From Mustelus asterias (taxonomy: Eukaryota), in NCBI RefSeq assembly GCF_964213995.1, contig NC_135806.1, forward strand, positions 60,512,001 through 60,576,000: a stretch of DNA of 64,000 bases, written 5' to 3'. Below, one piece after another: positions 1 to 13,080 of the stretch (position 1 is the first letter of the stretch; the number at the start of each line of letters is the position of its first letter). Below the pieces are notes generated by a model. The model had not been told where the DNA came from. It searched no databases and saw only the letters and a list, made by a program, of their open reading frames with translations. The position numbers and the translations under genes were made by a program.

Positions 1-161
1 GCATACCTGTCAGGGTTTGCCTGGTGACTTGCCCACATGGTCTAGCTCTCACCACCAGCAGCAGAAGGTAGCCCTTAAGTGGCCCCCAGAGGCCTGAATT
101 AGTTTGTGGGCCAATCCGGGCTTAATCGTGAGGAGTCAGGAAGGCAATGTTGTTTCCACCC

Positions 162-455
162 TGATGCACCTCAATGAGCACCCGGAAACAAGGCTTTAGA
201 ACTGAAGGCTTTAATACATTAACAATGAAACTACTAACACAAATTCACCCGTTCAGACTGAAGGGGTCCTGCCGGAGCAGGGGGTCTTATACCCTGCCAC
301 CGGAGGCGGGACCCCACTGGAGTGTGCCATGATAACACTTAGGACAGGTAAACACCCTATCCCAACAACATAGTACAACCCCCATAACAACAACACCCTA
401 GCCCAACAGTAACACAATAACAACCCCAGTGGTGAACCAACGATGGTTCACCACA
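162..455 (-). repeat. 3' LTR of Gypsy copy 1
   Basis: 294 bp, direct repeat of 4588-4881; preceded on the element strand by the PPT AAAGGAGGGGTGAA (456-469). Confidence 0.97.
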
Positions 456-527
456 TTCACCCCTCCTTTAGGAACCAAAGGTGGCGGGGTGGATGAAAAC
501 AGACAATGACAAAAAAAATAACAGGAT

Positions 528-3500
528 TCACAAGTCCAGACGGTCTGGAGGACCACACCGACGCTGCGATCTTCTCAACACCGGTTGCGAAACCGGAGCA
601 GGTGCTTGCGGTGGCTCTCTCAAAACAACATCTGGCTGTCCCCTCAAAGACTCCTGGGCCGGCCGGCCCTGATGAGGCGATGGTGTAGGGGATCCTGGAA
701 CGTTTGGTGGTGGTGGTGGTGGTGATGATGGTGGCGCCGATCTCCGAGTCTCAGGCAAGCTGTACATGGGAGTAAAAGTGTTATGCACTGGTCCCGGTGC
801 TGACCGCGCCACGTCTGGGGAAGTAATGAGGAGTAGTGGATCTGTGACTGGGGGAATAGGAGCGACAGGAGTTGCTACGTCCCCTGCGGGCGCCAGGTCT
901 CTAATGGAGACAGTGTCCTCTCGCCCGTCAGGATATGCCACATAGGCATACTGAGGGTTGGCGTGGAGGAGTTGGACCGGTTCGACCAAGGGGTCGGACT
1001 TGCGAGCCCTCACATGGCGCCGCAGAAGGACGGGTCCTGGGTACGTCAACCAGGCTGGCAATGAGGTCCCCGAGGACGACTTCCGAGGGAATGAGAACAT
1101 CCTCTCGTGGGGAGTAGCATTGGTTGCCGTACACAGGAGGGAGCGGATAGAATGGAGCGCAGTTGGAAGGACCTCCTGCCACCGGGAGACTGGAAGGCCC
1201 TTGGATTTCAGTGCCAGTAGGACAGCCTTCCAGACTGTAGCATTCTCCCTTTCCACCTGTCCGTTACCCCTAGGGTTGTAGCTCGTGGTTCTACTAGAGG
1301 CAATCCCGAATGAGAGCAGGAATTGCCTCAAGTCGTTGCTCATGAACGACGAGCCCCTGTCGCTATGAATATAGCAGGGGTACCCGAACAGGGTAAAAAG
1401 CTCACTGAATGCCTTGATGACGGTGGCAGTCGACGTGTCCGCACAGGGGAAAACAAACGGAAACCGGGAAAATTCGTCTATTATGTTAAGAAAATAGACA
1501 TTCCGATCCGTTGAGGGAAGGGGGCCCTTAAAATCTACACTCAGCCTCTCAAAAGGGCGAGTGGCCTTGACCAAATGTGCCCGGTCTGGTCGATAAAAGT
1601 GTGGTTTGCATTCTGCGCAAATCCGACAACTTCTAGTAACTGACCTGACCTCCTCCACCGAGTAGGGTAGGTTGCGGGCTTTTATGAAGTGGTAGAGTCT
1701 GGTGACTCCAGGATGACACAGATCATTGTGGAGAGCCTTCAAGCGGTCCTCCTGCATGATGGCGCATGTTCCGCGCGAGAGGGCATCCGAGGGCTCATTG
1801 AGCTTCCCTGGACGATACATAATATCGTAATTATAGGTGGAGAGCTCAATTCTCCACCGCAAGATCTTATCGTTCTTGATCTTGCCCCTCTGCGTGTTAC
1901 TGAACATAAACGCCACGGATCGTTGATCCGTGATCAGGGTGAACCGCTTACCTGCCAGGTAATGGCGCCAGTGTCTGACTGCCTCCACAATGGCCTGAGC
2001 CTCCTTTTCCACCGCTGAGTGCTGAATCTCTGGGCCTTGAAGGGTGCGGGAAAAAAACGCGACGGGCCTGCCTGCCTGGTTTAGTGTGGCGGCTAGGGCG
2101 AAGTCCGATGCATCACTCTCCACCTGGAAAGGGATGGATTCATCCACCGCGTGCATCGTGGCTTTCGAGATGTCGCTTTTCAAAACCTTGAAGGCCAATT
2201 GGGCCTCCGGCGTAAGTGGGAAGGTCGTGGACTTAATGAGCGGACGAGCTTTGTCCGCGTAGTTGGGGACCCACTGTGCATAATACGAAAAGAACCCGAG
2301 GCATCTCCTCAGTGCTTTCGTGCTAGCGGGCAAGGGAAGTTCAGTGAGTGGGCGCATACAGTCTGGATCAGGGCCAATGACCCCGTTTTCCACCACGTAT
2401 CCGAGGATGGCTAACCTATGCGTACGGAATACGCACTTCTCCCTGTTATAGGTCAGATTCAGGCGAGATGCAGTGCGTAGAAAGTGTTGGAGATTCGTGT
2501 CGTGGTCCTGCTGGTCATGGCCGCAGATGGTGACGTTATCCAGGTACGGGAAGGTAGCCCGCAACCCGTTCTGGTCCACCATTCGGTCCATAGCACGCTG
2601 GAAGACCGAGACCCCATTGGTGACACCAAATGGAACCCTGAGGAATTGGTATAGACGACCATCCGCCTCAAAAGCCGTATATTGTCGGTCCTCTGGGCGG
2701 ATGGGGAGTTGATGGTAGGCGGACTTAAGGTCTATGGTAGAAAACACTCGGTACTGCGCAATCTGATTGACCATATCAGAAATGCGCGGGAGAGGATACG
2801 CATCCAGCTGCGTGTATCTATTAATGGTCTGACTATAGTCGATGACCATCCGAGGTTTGTTCCCGCTTTTGACTACCACGACCTGCGCTCTCCACGGACT
2901 AGCACTGGCCTGTATGATCCCTTCCTTGAGGAGCCGCTGAACCTCAGATCTAATAAAGATCCGGTCCTCAGCGCTGTAACGCCTACTTTTAGTAGCGATG
3001 GGCTTGCAGCCAGGTACCAGATTTTTAAAAAGGGATGGTGTCGTGATCTTCAGGGTGGATAGATTGCACGCGGGGCGCTTTGGGCAATTTGGAGGCTGCG
3101 GCTGGTTCCCTACTGCCAGTGAAGGGAGTGGCCCACCGTACTGTAGGATCACACTCCTCATGTGGGCCATAAAGTTTAGTCCGAGGAGAATTGGCGCGCA
3201 AAGGTGAGGTAGCACAAGGAGCCTGTATTGCTCGTAAACTGTGCCCTGTACCTCAAGAGTTACCATACATTGTCCTTGGATCGGTACAGACCGGGACTGT
3301 GATGCCATGGAAATTGTCTGTTTGGCAGGGAGAACCCGGAGTCCACACCTTTTAGCAGTTTCAGGGTGTATGAAACTTTCGGTGCTCCCACTGTCAAACA
3401 GACAATTCACAGTTCTGCCACTAACCTTTACCTCCATCATGGAATGTTCCAGTCTGTAATGCCTGGTCTGATCCAGAGAGATCGACGCCACCGTTGGCCC

Positions 3501-4565
3501 CTGGGCGTCACTGCATGCTGCCGATGTGGATGCTGAGGACCCCTGCTGGTCGCTGCTGCATGCTGCCGATGTGGATGCTGAGGACCCCTGCTGGTCGCTC
3601 CTAGTCGTCGTGGACCATGATGGCCGCCCCCATGAATCGCATGTGGCCGAGGGCTCCAAGCGCAGCGACTCCTGGTGGTCTTCCTCCTCCTCTGTCTGCC
3701 ACGATGGCGCCGTCCTGAGATCGCACGTGGTCGGACCTCGTGGGTACTGCAGCGCCGAAAGAGATGGTCTCCGTTCTGGAGGGTTACAAGCTGCACTGCC
3801 GTTTTTAGGTTTGGACCTGCAGACTTTGCCGTAGTGGCCTTTTTTACCGCACTGGCTGCAGATTGCCGTTCTTGCCGGACACTGTTGCCGTGGATGCTTG
3901 GCCCCACCGCAAAAATAGCATCGCTGGCCACCTGGAGCTGCCGCCGTCGTCGAATCGATCTGGGAGCGCGGGTTCGCGGGGCGAGGAGGGAGCAGAGCTT
4001 GCTCCAACCACGTTGACTGCACGTGGTCCTCGGGGTACAGCGCCAAGCTCTTCGACGCCGCCTCCAACCTCACGGCCATCCCCATTGCCTGGGTCAAGTT
4101 GAGTTTCCCCTTTTCTAATAATTTAAGTCTGATGTACGAGGACCCTACCCCTGCTACGAACGCGTCTCGGGCGAGGTCTTGCATGTACTGCTCGGCGGAG
4201 ACATCCTTACAGTCACAACCCCTGGCAAGCTGCAGGAGTTCATTGGCGTAGTCTTCTATGGTCTCGCCCGACTGCCGACGTCGTGTAGCGAGGAGATAAC
4301 GAGCGTGAATCTCGTTGGGTGGCGTAATGTACCTATTCTTTAGGAGCTCGACGGCACCCTGGTAAGTGGAAGCTGCACGAATGGCTAGGTAAATCGTGTC
4401 GCTTACCCTTGCGTGGAGGACCTGGAGTCTATCACTGTCTGTAGTGATAGCTACCGAGGCTGCCAGGTAGTCCTCGAAGCACTTCCACCAATGTTCGAAC
4501 GTGTTAGCTGCACCGACCGCACGTGGGTCCAGTGTCAGACGATCCGGTTTTAGGATCTGTTCCAT
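528..4565 (-). CDS. Gag-Pol polyprotein, 1345 aa from ATG (the ORF track extends upstream to a GTG inside the LTR)
   Basis: Two CCHC knuckles (CYFCGGAKHPRQQC, CSQCGKKGHYGKVC), protease LFDSGS, RT (IDLKSAYHQ, PFG, YLDN), RNase H (SDASD, EKEA, ITDQ), integrase HHCC and DDE (VDFKG, HSDRG, VEREN). Confidence 0.96.
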   Translation of the reverse strand: MEQILKPDRLTLDPRAVGAANTFEHWWKCFEDYLAASVAITTDSDRLQVLHARVSDTIYLAIRAASTYQGAVELLKNRYITPPNEIHARYLLATRRRQSGETIEDYANELLQLARGCDCKDVSAEQYMQDLARDAFVAGVGSSYIRLKLLEKGKLNLTQAMGMAVRLEAASKSLALYPEDHVQSTWLEQALLPPRPANPRSQIDSTTAAAPGGQRCYFCGGAKHPRQQCPARTAICSQCGKKGHYGKVCRSKPKNGSAACNPPERRPSLSALQYPRGPTTCDLRTAPSWQTEEEEDHQESLRLEPSATCDSWGRPSWSTTTRSDQQGSSASTSAACSSDQQGSSASTSAACSDAQGPTVASISLDQTRHYRLEHSMMEVKVSGRTVNCLFDSGSTESFIHPETAKRCGLRVLPAKQTISMASQSRSVPIQGQCMVTLEVQGTVYEQYRLLVLPHLCAPILLGLNFMAHMRSVILQYGGPLPSLAVGNQPQPPNCPKRPACNLSTLKITTPSLFKNLVPGCKPIATKSRRYSAEDRIFIRSEVQRLLKEGIIQASASPWRAQVVVVKSGNKPRMVIDYSQTINRYTQLDAYPLPRISDMVNQIAQYRVFSTIDLKSAYHQLPIRPEDRQYTAFEADGRLYQFLRVPFGVTNGVSVFQRAMDRMVDQNGLRATFPYLDNVTICGHDQQDHDTNLQHFLRTASRLNLTYNREKCVFRTHRLAILGYVVENGVIGPDPDCMRPLTELPLPASTKALRRCLGFFSYYAQWVPNYADKARPLIKSTTFPLTPEAQLAFKVLKSDISKATMHAVDESIPFQVESDASDFALAATLNQAGRPVAFFSRTLQGPEIQHSAVEKEAQAIVEAVRHWRHYLAGKRFTLITDQRSVAFMFSNTQRGKIKNDKILRWRIELSTYNYDIMYRPGKLNEPSDALSRGTCAIMQEDRLKALHNDLCHPGVTRLYHFIKARNLPYSVEEVRSVTRSCRICAECKPHFYRPDRAHLVKATRPFERLSVDFKGPLPSTDRNVYFLNIIDEFSRFPFVFPCADTSTATVIKAFSELFTLFGYPCYIHSDRGSSFMSNDLRQFLLSFGIASSRTTSYNPRGNGQVERENATVWKAVLLALKSKGLPVSRWQEVLPTALHSIRSLLCTATNATPHERMFSFPRKSSSGTSLPAWLTYPGPVLLRRHVRARKSDPLVEPVQLLHANPQYAYVAYPDGREDTVSIRDLAPAGDVATPVAPIPPVTDPLLLITSPDVARSAPGPVHNTFTPMYSLPETRRSAPPSSPPPPPPNVPGSPTPSPHQGRPAQESLRGQPDVVLREPPQAPAPVSQPVLRRSQRRCGPPDRLDL

Positions 4566-4587
4566 ATTCTCAGTTAATGTATTAAAT

Positions 4588-4881
4588 TGATGCACCTCAA
4601 TGAGCACCCGGAAACAAGGCTTTAGAACTGAAGGCTTTAATACATTAACAATGAAACTACTAACACAAATTCACCCGTTCAGACTGAAGGGGTCCTGCCG
4701 GAGCAGGGGGTCTTATACCCTGCCACCGGAGGCGGGACCCCACTGGAGTGTGCCATGATAACACTTAGGACAGGTAAACACCCTATCCCAACAACATAGT
4801 ACAACCCCCATAACAACAACACCCTAGCCCAACAGTAACACAATAACAACCCCAGTGGTGAACCAACGATGGTTCACCACA
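4588..4881 (-). repeat. 5' LTR of Gypsy copy 1
   Basis: 294 bp, direct repeat of 162-455. Confidence 0.97.
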
Positions 4882-5646
4882 CACCCCACATCTTCCCATC
4901 CAGTTAAGCCCCCCTGCCACCTTCCGGTCCACCTCTGGGAAGGGAATAAAATTGCTAACTGTATGATAAAAATGATACAAGAAGGAACTTTTGAACGGAT
5001 GTTTTGCTGCAAAATCACATTTCAAATATGCTACAATCCATTAGGAAACAAAGTGCCTACAACTGCGACTTTCCAAAGTTAGATGGTTATAGTCATTTAA
5101 TCATTGATATGTTTCTCAACATAATGCACCAAGATGTTTAATGTTTTTTAAACCTGCAAAACATTTGAACACAGACCTACATATTTCATTAGGTGATGTG
5201 ATGCTGATCCTGTGTGATATGCTAAAATGGACTTACCCTGGAGGGAAACATAAAAAGTAAGGTCAGGCTGCTTTAATAAAAACCACATGGTCCACAAATA
5301 ATGAAGAGAGTGAGGCCCCAGAAACCCGTGAGCTGCCACAGGAAGCGAGGAGGAATGGAACCTTCCCCCCTCGTGCTGGTCCCACCAGAAATTTTAAAGC
5401 ACTTGGCAGGGCAAAGGTGCGAGTCCTATGAGCCAATTGACATAATAGGCTTCAGAGACCAGGAAATACATGGTGCAGGGAGGAAGCAACATAAGAGTGC
5501 GCTTGCTACATTTAAAGCTAGATTGCTCTTAAAGCAAACAGACATGCAACACAATGAAGAAATGTCTTCTGTGGGAACAATTTGAAAGAGGGCAACAGAC
5601 TTTTCAGAGAGTGGTGGAAAGATTCTGCTGACCAATTTAGAATTGA

Positions 5647-5963
5647 ATAGAATCCCGACAGTGCAGAAGGAAGTCATTTGGCCTATCGAGCCTGCGCCGA
5701 CAACAATCCCACCCAGGCCCTATCACCTTAACCCCACGTATTTACCCTGCTAGTCCCCCTGACACTAAGGGGCGATTTACCATGGCCAATCAACCTATCC
5801 CACACATCTTTGGACTGTGGGAAGAAACCGGAGCACCCGGAGGAAACCCACGCAGACACGGGGACAACGCACAAACTCCACACACACAGTGACCCGAGAC
5901 CAGAATTGAACCCGGGTCCTTGGTGTTGTGAGGCAGCAGTGCTAACCGCTGTGCCATCGTGCC
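5647..5963 (-). mobile_element. HE1-type tRNA-derived V-SINE with CR1/HER1-like tail
   Basis: A/B-box head, V-domain (GCGTGGGTTTCCTCCGGGTGCTCCGGTTTC), tail ending ATTCTAT. Confidence 0.9.
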
Positions 5964-6849
5964 AGCCATTGGTACTGGAGAAATCGAATACTGCAGGTGG
6001 ATGGCAAGAGTGACACCACCATAGTAAGTAAGGCCATGGGGAAGAGGGTGGGACACAGGCAGAGAATGGCAACTCCCCAACTTGCTGGCTCCTCTTCAGT
6101 GCAGCAAGATGATTAATAAGCTCATATGTCAGAAAACTGGCATTCATACAATTCATATAAAACACTTAATGATATTAACCTGAAAAGTGAGCTGACATGA
6201 TTAAGCATATAAATGCTGACGAACTGTGCAGAGATTATTACAACAAAGAATTACATGATATCGTTGCAGTATTCTGCAATGCAAGCATTCTCTTTACTGA
6301 ATCATTATTTCTATGATAACTCAAAAAGAGTTCTTTTGCAAATTCTCCAAGCATTGCCAAAATAAGCCTTCGTAGCACAAAGAGATTCGCTTAGGTGGAG
6401 TTTCTGATGATTTATTGAACAATAAGCTTTCACTTCAAAGAGCTATGTCTTGTTGCTGGGATTTTATCATTGTCTATCTCATTTCCAAACTCACAATGAC
6501 CGTGGGTAGGTTAAGGGATGGGAGTGTCATGAAATTCTAAATTCTCAGCGCAGGGCAGAGGACGAGGTGGGAACATCTAAACAGAGTGGAGAAATTGGTG
6601 TGCAGGAAGGGAGTGTGTTTGAGGATGCTGGGTGAGTGTCAGGGGAATGGCTGATACTAGGACAATGGTGGGTGACCTGCCCTCAGTCAAAGCTCAACTA
6701 GAAGAGGGCATCACGGAATTCCCTAGGATACAGGTCAACGACACAGAGACACCTCTGAAAGGTCATGCTTCGCAGGCACATGCTCCTGGTTGTCCTCCTG
6801 TCCTAAGGAAACCTGTATGCCCCCCAACCTTTTATACCTGCTCCACTCT

Positions 6850-7660
6850 TCTTTGAAGAGCCAGGTTGTGCAGAGTACAGCACACCACTACTCAGTGTAC
6901 AGCCCTTGTTGGCCCACTTGGGCGGCATGGTGGCACAGTGGTTAGCACTGCTGCCTGACAGCGCCAGGGACCCGGGTTCGATTCCCAGCTTGAGTCACTG
7001 TCGGTGCGGAGTTTGCACTATCTCCACATATCTGCGTGGGTTTCCTCTGGGTGTTCTGGTTTCCTCCCACAATCCAAAGGTGTGCAGGTTAGGTGGATTG
7101 GCCATGCTAAATTGCCTCTTAGTGTCAGGGGGAACTAGGTAGGGTAAATGTATGGGATTATGGGGGTGGGGCCAAGGTGGGATTGTGGTCGGTGCAGACA
7201 CGATGGGCCGAATGGCCTCCTTCTGCACTGTAGGAATATATGATTCTATGATTGTGGAGGACACCCCAGCCAATAGCTTGTTCTATTGTGGCCCTAGTAG
7301 GTAGAAGGTGCCTATTGAACCTGCTCTGTATCTATGTGGCGGGATGATGCGCTGATTTGAGCAACCTGTTTTTGGTGGTACCCATTGCCACCCAGGAATC
7401 ATCCACTGAGGCTGTGCAAAGTTCCAAAGAGCTGAGGTATCCTGAGGTTTGCCAGCAGATAAGAGCATCATGGCAGCTCCCTGGAAAGCTTGCGCACACA
7501 CCTCTTGCTGTGGATTGCATACCAACTGCACCTTGAATGAGTGGAAACTCTTATGATTAATAAATACTCCTGGCCAGTCTACTGGAGCCTTGATTGCCAC
7601 ATGGTAACAGTCGATGACACTCTGAACCTATAGAAAGCCAGCTATGGAAGCATTGTTATC
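6850..7660 (-). pseudogene. Decayed PIF/Harbinger (HARBI1-like) transposase, interrupted by a SINE
   Basis: Frameshifted motifs AIKAP..FINHKSFHSFKVQLVC, FPGSCHDA and, beyond the SINE, VVVCCTLHNLA. Confidence 0.8.
6920..7250 (+). mobile_element. HE1-type V-SINE
   Basis: Full head-V domain-tail structure. Confidence 0.92.
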
Positions 7661-8976
7661 TTGCCATGTTGTCAGCATGACATATGACCCATGTGGCATA
7701 GAGTAAGAACCATTGCACCCAATAAAATGGCTATTTTTGGCTTCTTAATTGCTTTAATAGTTTGCATTTTCCATCCACAGGGGTTCCCAACTTCACTGAC
7801 AATCCTTCCCTAGAAAACCGGAGGGAGGAGGGAAGATATCAGGTTACTGGTCCGATATCTATTTCCGCAATTTTCCCAACATGCCCAACACTGATCCCTC
7901 CTCCAACTGCTCGGCAAAATTCCGCCCATCGCTTTGCCTGTACGACTAACAGATCCTAAGAAAGGTTCCAGGTTTTTTTCTTTTTAAAACAGTGGAGTGT
8001 GTCGACTCATTTGTGTATCAAGACTTCAGGTTTCTATTTTAAATCATTTACCAACTTGAATATTTATATTTTGCAGATAGCAGAGAAAGTTATATGTTTT
8101 TGTTATGTGTGTACATATGATTGTGTGATCTTCCAAATTTGGATCACTTCAGGAAGTACAGCAAACATCCATAAATCACCATTGATTTAAATATTAAACA
8201 GACCTCCTTCCCTCTCAAATTGTGTGCTCCCCATGTAACTTGATACCATTAAAGCTTCTGGAGTGAGATCAGTGATTATGCAGGGCAGGGGAGAGGGACA
8301 GTACTCTTTTTCGCAAATTCCACTTCTTTACTATTACACACATTAATGAATCTGATGACTTCATGAGCAGTTCATCTATGGTATGTGATGTAATTGCAAC
8401 ATATGGAGCCCAGGATTCCTTTATAATTACTTAATGGAGCCTGGAAAGATTCAGCGGTGTCGAAGTTCAGAGTTGCAGTGATCCCCCTCACTACAGGAAA
8501 TGACAATCTAAAGAGACTGATTTCAGTTATAAGTGCAAACTGATTGCGCCGCTTAGGTTCTATGATCAGTTTGATCTAAAAACCTGACTTTAATTAGGCA
8601 CAATTGGGGTTCTCTGCCAATCTTTCATCCCATGGAAGTCTCTGCCAGTACTTTTTTCCCAGAACACATTTGACAATTTCAGACTCTCATAAGTAGGTCT
8701 GGCAGCATTGTGTTAGAAGGCCCAGGAATTACGATATAACCTGGATTTGCTGTGGCCCAGCCTTCATTGCATGTTTCCTTGGGACCTTGTTTGTGGCAGG
8801 AGATGCACCAGGCTAGCAAAACGCAGGACTTCCTACTCTATAAGTTCTGCAAATCTGGATGTCTTAACACCCCCTCTGATACCAGAAAATGTCTTGTTCC
8901 TTTGCTGTAGATCTTCTGAATCTTGGAAGCTGAACTAACTCTCTGCTCAACCTTCCATTAGGCAGCTTATAACTCT

Positions 8977-9918
8977 GGGCCTGATTTTACCATTAAGTTG
9001 TGCCTGTTTTCAGGGACAAAAACTTGGTAAAGTCGAGCGTGAGGCAAGTAGTGTGATCCATGCCCGCCTTCGCGCCGGTTCCCCCTTTACCAAGGCCTGA
9101 AAATGGCCACAATTGGGACTGTGCCCAAAACAGGTGCGATGGCCATTTAAATGCTGCCAACCAACCTTAACGGTACTTTCCCCTTTATCAACACGTTCAC
9201 CCATCCAGAATCGGCGTGAAACAGACATGCTCCACAAAAGTCCGATTCAGGCGCTTCAGTTAGTGAGGAGGTAAGTGCCGAGCATTCAATGGCTCTCTGC
9301 TTGAGATCAGTGGAGGTTGAGGGGGGTGGAAGGGGGGGTCTGCTGCCACTCTGCCTGAGATCAGTGAGGGGAAGGGGTGTTCGCTGCCACTCTGCCTGTG
9401 ATCAGTGAGGGGGAAGAGGGGGTCCGCTGCCACTCTGCCTGAGATCGGTGAGGGGAAGGGGTGTTCGCTGCCACTCTGCCTGTGATCAGTGAGGGGGAAG
9501 AGGGGATCCGCTGCCACTCTGCCTGAGATCAATGGGAAGAAGGGGGAGGGGCCTGCGATTGGTCTGGGTGGCTGGGGGTGTAGGGAATAAGGGGTTCAGT
9601 AATGTTGGAGGGGTGTGGGGCATTGTCTGTGTGGGCCAGGGGGAGGCATTATCCGGCCTGGGAGGGATGTGGCACGGGAACAGCACTCTATCGGTTTTTT
9701 TCGGCGCTTGCGCAGTTGGGGGTGCCGATCGGAGCTGCAGGGTTTCGGGCGCATTAAGCCCCATCCACAGGCTTCTGCAGCATGATTCGGAATCGCTGAT
9801 ATTTTTTCAGGAAGGGTGCCTATGGGGGCGGCTGAGAACGGGTCTAAAAGTCGGATCTGAAACACTCCCAGTTTCAAGTCCGCCCAACACTTAGAATCAA
9901 AATGGTAAAATAGGGCCC
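8977..9918. mobile_element. Non-autonomous PIF/Harbinger-type DNA transposon
   Basis: About 18-bp TIRs (GGGCCTGATTTTACCATT / AATGGTAAAATAGGGCCC); 3-bp TSD TCT at 8974-8976 and 9919-9921. Confidence 0.85.
9340..9530 (+). repeat. Minisatellite of about 41-44 bp, about 5 units
   Basis: Repeating GCTGCCACTCTGCCTG(A/T)GATCAGTGAGGGG with two alternating variants. Confidence 0.9.
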
Positions 9919-12900
9919 TCTGTGTTTCCCTTCTACTCTGAAAGGACAATACTCTTTTGCCACACATCCTGCTGCAGGAACTTCAAGCAATTCTTCCATT
10001 TTCCCAAATGTGTCCATACCTTTTTCCAAAGGGATAGTCACCCGGAATCTGAGAAGAGAGATAACAAAACAATTTTGCCACATCTCAAAATCACTGGTAC
10101 CACCATTTTAGCAATCACAACAACTTGTATTTATATCTGCAATCATAGGCCAAAGTATTTCAAAGTGGAAAATGGGAGAAATGGGAGAATAAGCCATGGA
10201 GGAAAAGACAAGAGTGACTGAAGCTTGAAAAGACCTTAAGTAGATTTTAAAGGTAATGAGAGGAAAGGTGAGGTTTAAGGGAGGGAGTCACAGAAGTAGG
10301 GAGATGGCAACTGACAACTTTATCATAAATGGTGCTTTTGGTTGTGGGCGTCAGACAGAATAACACAACTGACAGAAAAATTTTTGCTTGATTGAAAAAT
10401 TAAGTGAAAGCAAAGTTCTAAAGTTAAACAAAATTTAAATGATTTTGACAATGCCAAACTTTAATAGAGACATGCACCAGAATCTTCTTGTGGCTTCAGA
10501 GGCTTCACTTGCTGGCCTGCCTTGCCTCTCTTTGGGAAGTCCCACTGAACCACATACTAATCTGGCAGTGGCTAGGCTACCAGGGGGCCTTCTACTGAGA
10601 TCGAGGATCCAGGGGCAGAATTCGCACTTAACAAGAGCTGCCAGCCAATCAGAGGCCAGCAACTCTAGAGCTCAGCAGGGTCTCTTGAGGGGTGGTGGCT
10701 GCGGCTGAAAGGACTCCCACCCGCCGAATCCCAAGATTCCGGAGGACCCAGGCTACAGATAAGTAACATGGGATTCTGGCTCATCTCCACAAGGAGAGGA
10801 GGGGGGGGGGAGGAGGCAACAGACTTGGAAATAAGGACAGAGGGATGGCTCCCCTTCCTGATACCCATCTCACAATTATGCACTGATTGCCTTTGACCGA
10901 GGGCTCTCACCCAAGGTGACAAGCAGCCTGCAAATGTTCACCTGTTGTACATGCCGCATGGCGACATCACCACTGGGTTATTGCTAGCAGCGGCGGGGTG
11001 AATGATCTTTAATTGGCCACTTAAGGGCCTCAATTAGTGACGGGGTGGAATGATCACCATTGGCCTTCTGCCCCAGAACTTAATTCTGATGTAGGCAGAG
11101 TTCAGGAACAGTCTGCCTATGAAAATGCCTTTCCAGCCTCCAAGCTCACTAAAATGAGAGCACAAGAAGCAAATAAAATGGAATATGATCTCTGCAGCAT
11201 CAATCTCAGTGCGGTTGAAACAAAATATTTCTTACTTTCTCTTGACAGTTGATCTTAATGAACAGTAATTATCCTCGTATTTTACAGAGAACAGGTTTTA
11301 AACTTGAAAATCAACTGTACTAGTAATATAGAGAGTGCGGCTTTGAAACAATACTTTTACTGCAACAAACTACTGGATGTTTAAAAGAAATTGCCACAGG
11401 GAAGCATTTCTCTCAGGTTGCTCCCACTTGTCCATCATAAGTTTGGCAGAAGATTGTGGATGGCTTGATGAAGCACCGGTTATTGTTTCCGTGGCTCTTC
11501 CTCTGAAGGGACCGACTCCCGCAAAACCTCAAATCTATGAATTTGGTCCAAAGACCCAGAGTGCCAGCGCCATGTTTCCGTTCCAATCCCATCATCTATT
11601 TCAATAAGGATTCATATCATTTATCTGAAATCGATTGAGTTAATTTACCGGTTTATGTATATTCTTGAAAGTCGGTGTAACATGCTGCAGTATTCACTTT
11701 TGATCAATCAGATTTCAGAACCAAGGGCCTCTGTCCCTTTAACCAATCACTTCATCAACCACGTACCATCAAACTTCAACAGATCACATTCCCAAACAGA
11801 AATTAATCCCATTCCAAAAAATGTAACCGGGCAACAATTAGATCCCAAGACAATCTCAATGTCATTTCAGTCATAAAAGCGTCAAACAAATTTTGCTAAA
11901 GTCTATTTCTGCATTACATAAACCTGCATGAACATTTTAAAAATAAGACCATTATATATCCCTAAAAATTAATTTGGAACCAAAAATCCTCAGCTCTTTA
12001 AGTATGTTCTCACCATAACTCGAGGAGTATAACACTGAAGGATTAAACTGGAACCTGAACACTTCCTTCTACCTCTTACACAGGCGTATCGGACAGGGCA
12101 GCATTGACTGAGGGTCGGGGATTCCCATGCTGGGAATCACTACAAATCCGACCCTCAAAGGTTCCTAATGTATCCTTTGTGGCTGGGCATCTGGCAAGAA
12201 TAGGAATGTTGACTGACTCCATATTTATGTATTAAGACCTTCTCAGGGGTCCAGGCTTGCTCATGACTTGGATCCTAAAATTTATGTTGTCCGCCGCCTC
12301 CCCAACCACATTGGGTTTAATGGCGGCTGGAGGTTGGGGGGCAGCGAGATGGGGGGACCGAAAAATCGATATCCCATTGGCATGAAACGATGGATGGAAA
12401 GTGTGGTCTTGTCCATCATGGCGGGTCACCATTCATGCTAGAGGCCAACGTGAAACCATTTTGTATCTCAGCCCAACTAGGATTGTCCCATCGTCATCCA
12501 ATCATTTGCATTACCAGCAGGATATCACACCAGTCCAGAACAGGTCCAGACTGATGTGGCGTGGATATGGAATTCTCAACTGCAAGAAGGGTTGGGGCAT
12601 CCGGCGGAGGTCAGAAGGTGGCAGCCTCCAGTGACCATGGATCCTGGAACATCAGCTGCAGTAGTGAGTGGGTGAAGCATCAACCACATGGATCTTCACA
12701 CCACCAGAGTTTTCTGGAGGTGGATCTTTTCACTGCAGGTGAACGCTGCAGGAGGTGCTGTTGGGAGACGATGGTCTGTGCTGGGGGAGGGGATTAGACA
12801 AGGAAGAAAGGAATGAAGAGCTGGTGCCGGTGTGGAGGCCCAGAATGGGAGGGTGGGGTGGGAGGGGAGCGGGATGTTGGAGGTGGTAGGGGAAAGAGAG

Positions 12901-13080
12901 AGTTGCTGCTGAGGTATTTTGCTGTTTGAATGGGCATGGATCTTTGTTCTTTGAGGTGAAGAGGGGAAAGGAATTCACGTGGACTGCTCTGTGGTGTCAA
13001 CTGATGAGTCCTGAGGGGCATACTGAGAGGACTGGTAATAGGAAGGAATGGTGAGGTTTAAAGCGGGTGGGGGTGGGGTA

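Larger units (their letters stand above)
162..4881 (-). mobile_element. Full-length Ty3/Gypsy (Mag-like) LTR retrotransposon, copy 1
   Basis: Two apparently identical 294-bp TG..CA LTRs (162-455, 4588-4881); 5-bp TSD CACCC at 157-161 and 4882-4886; polypurine tract next to the 3' LTR; intact gag-pol ORF with integrase after RT/RNase H. Confidence 0.97.

Noticed and set aside
928-4102. Many overlapping or antisense short ORFs inside the Gypsy elements
   Set aside because: Expected shadows of a GC-rich coding sequence; sharing between near-identical copies is not evidence of function
4566-4607. N-terminal extension MLIEVHQFNTLTEN in the ORF track
   Set aside because: Starts at a GTG inside the LTR; the ATG at 4565 (37550 in copy 2) is the plausible start
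6920-6990. tRNA-like sequences
   Set aside because: They are SINE heads with A/B boxes, not complete tRNA genes
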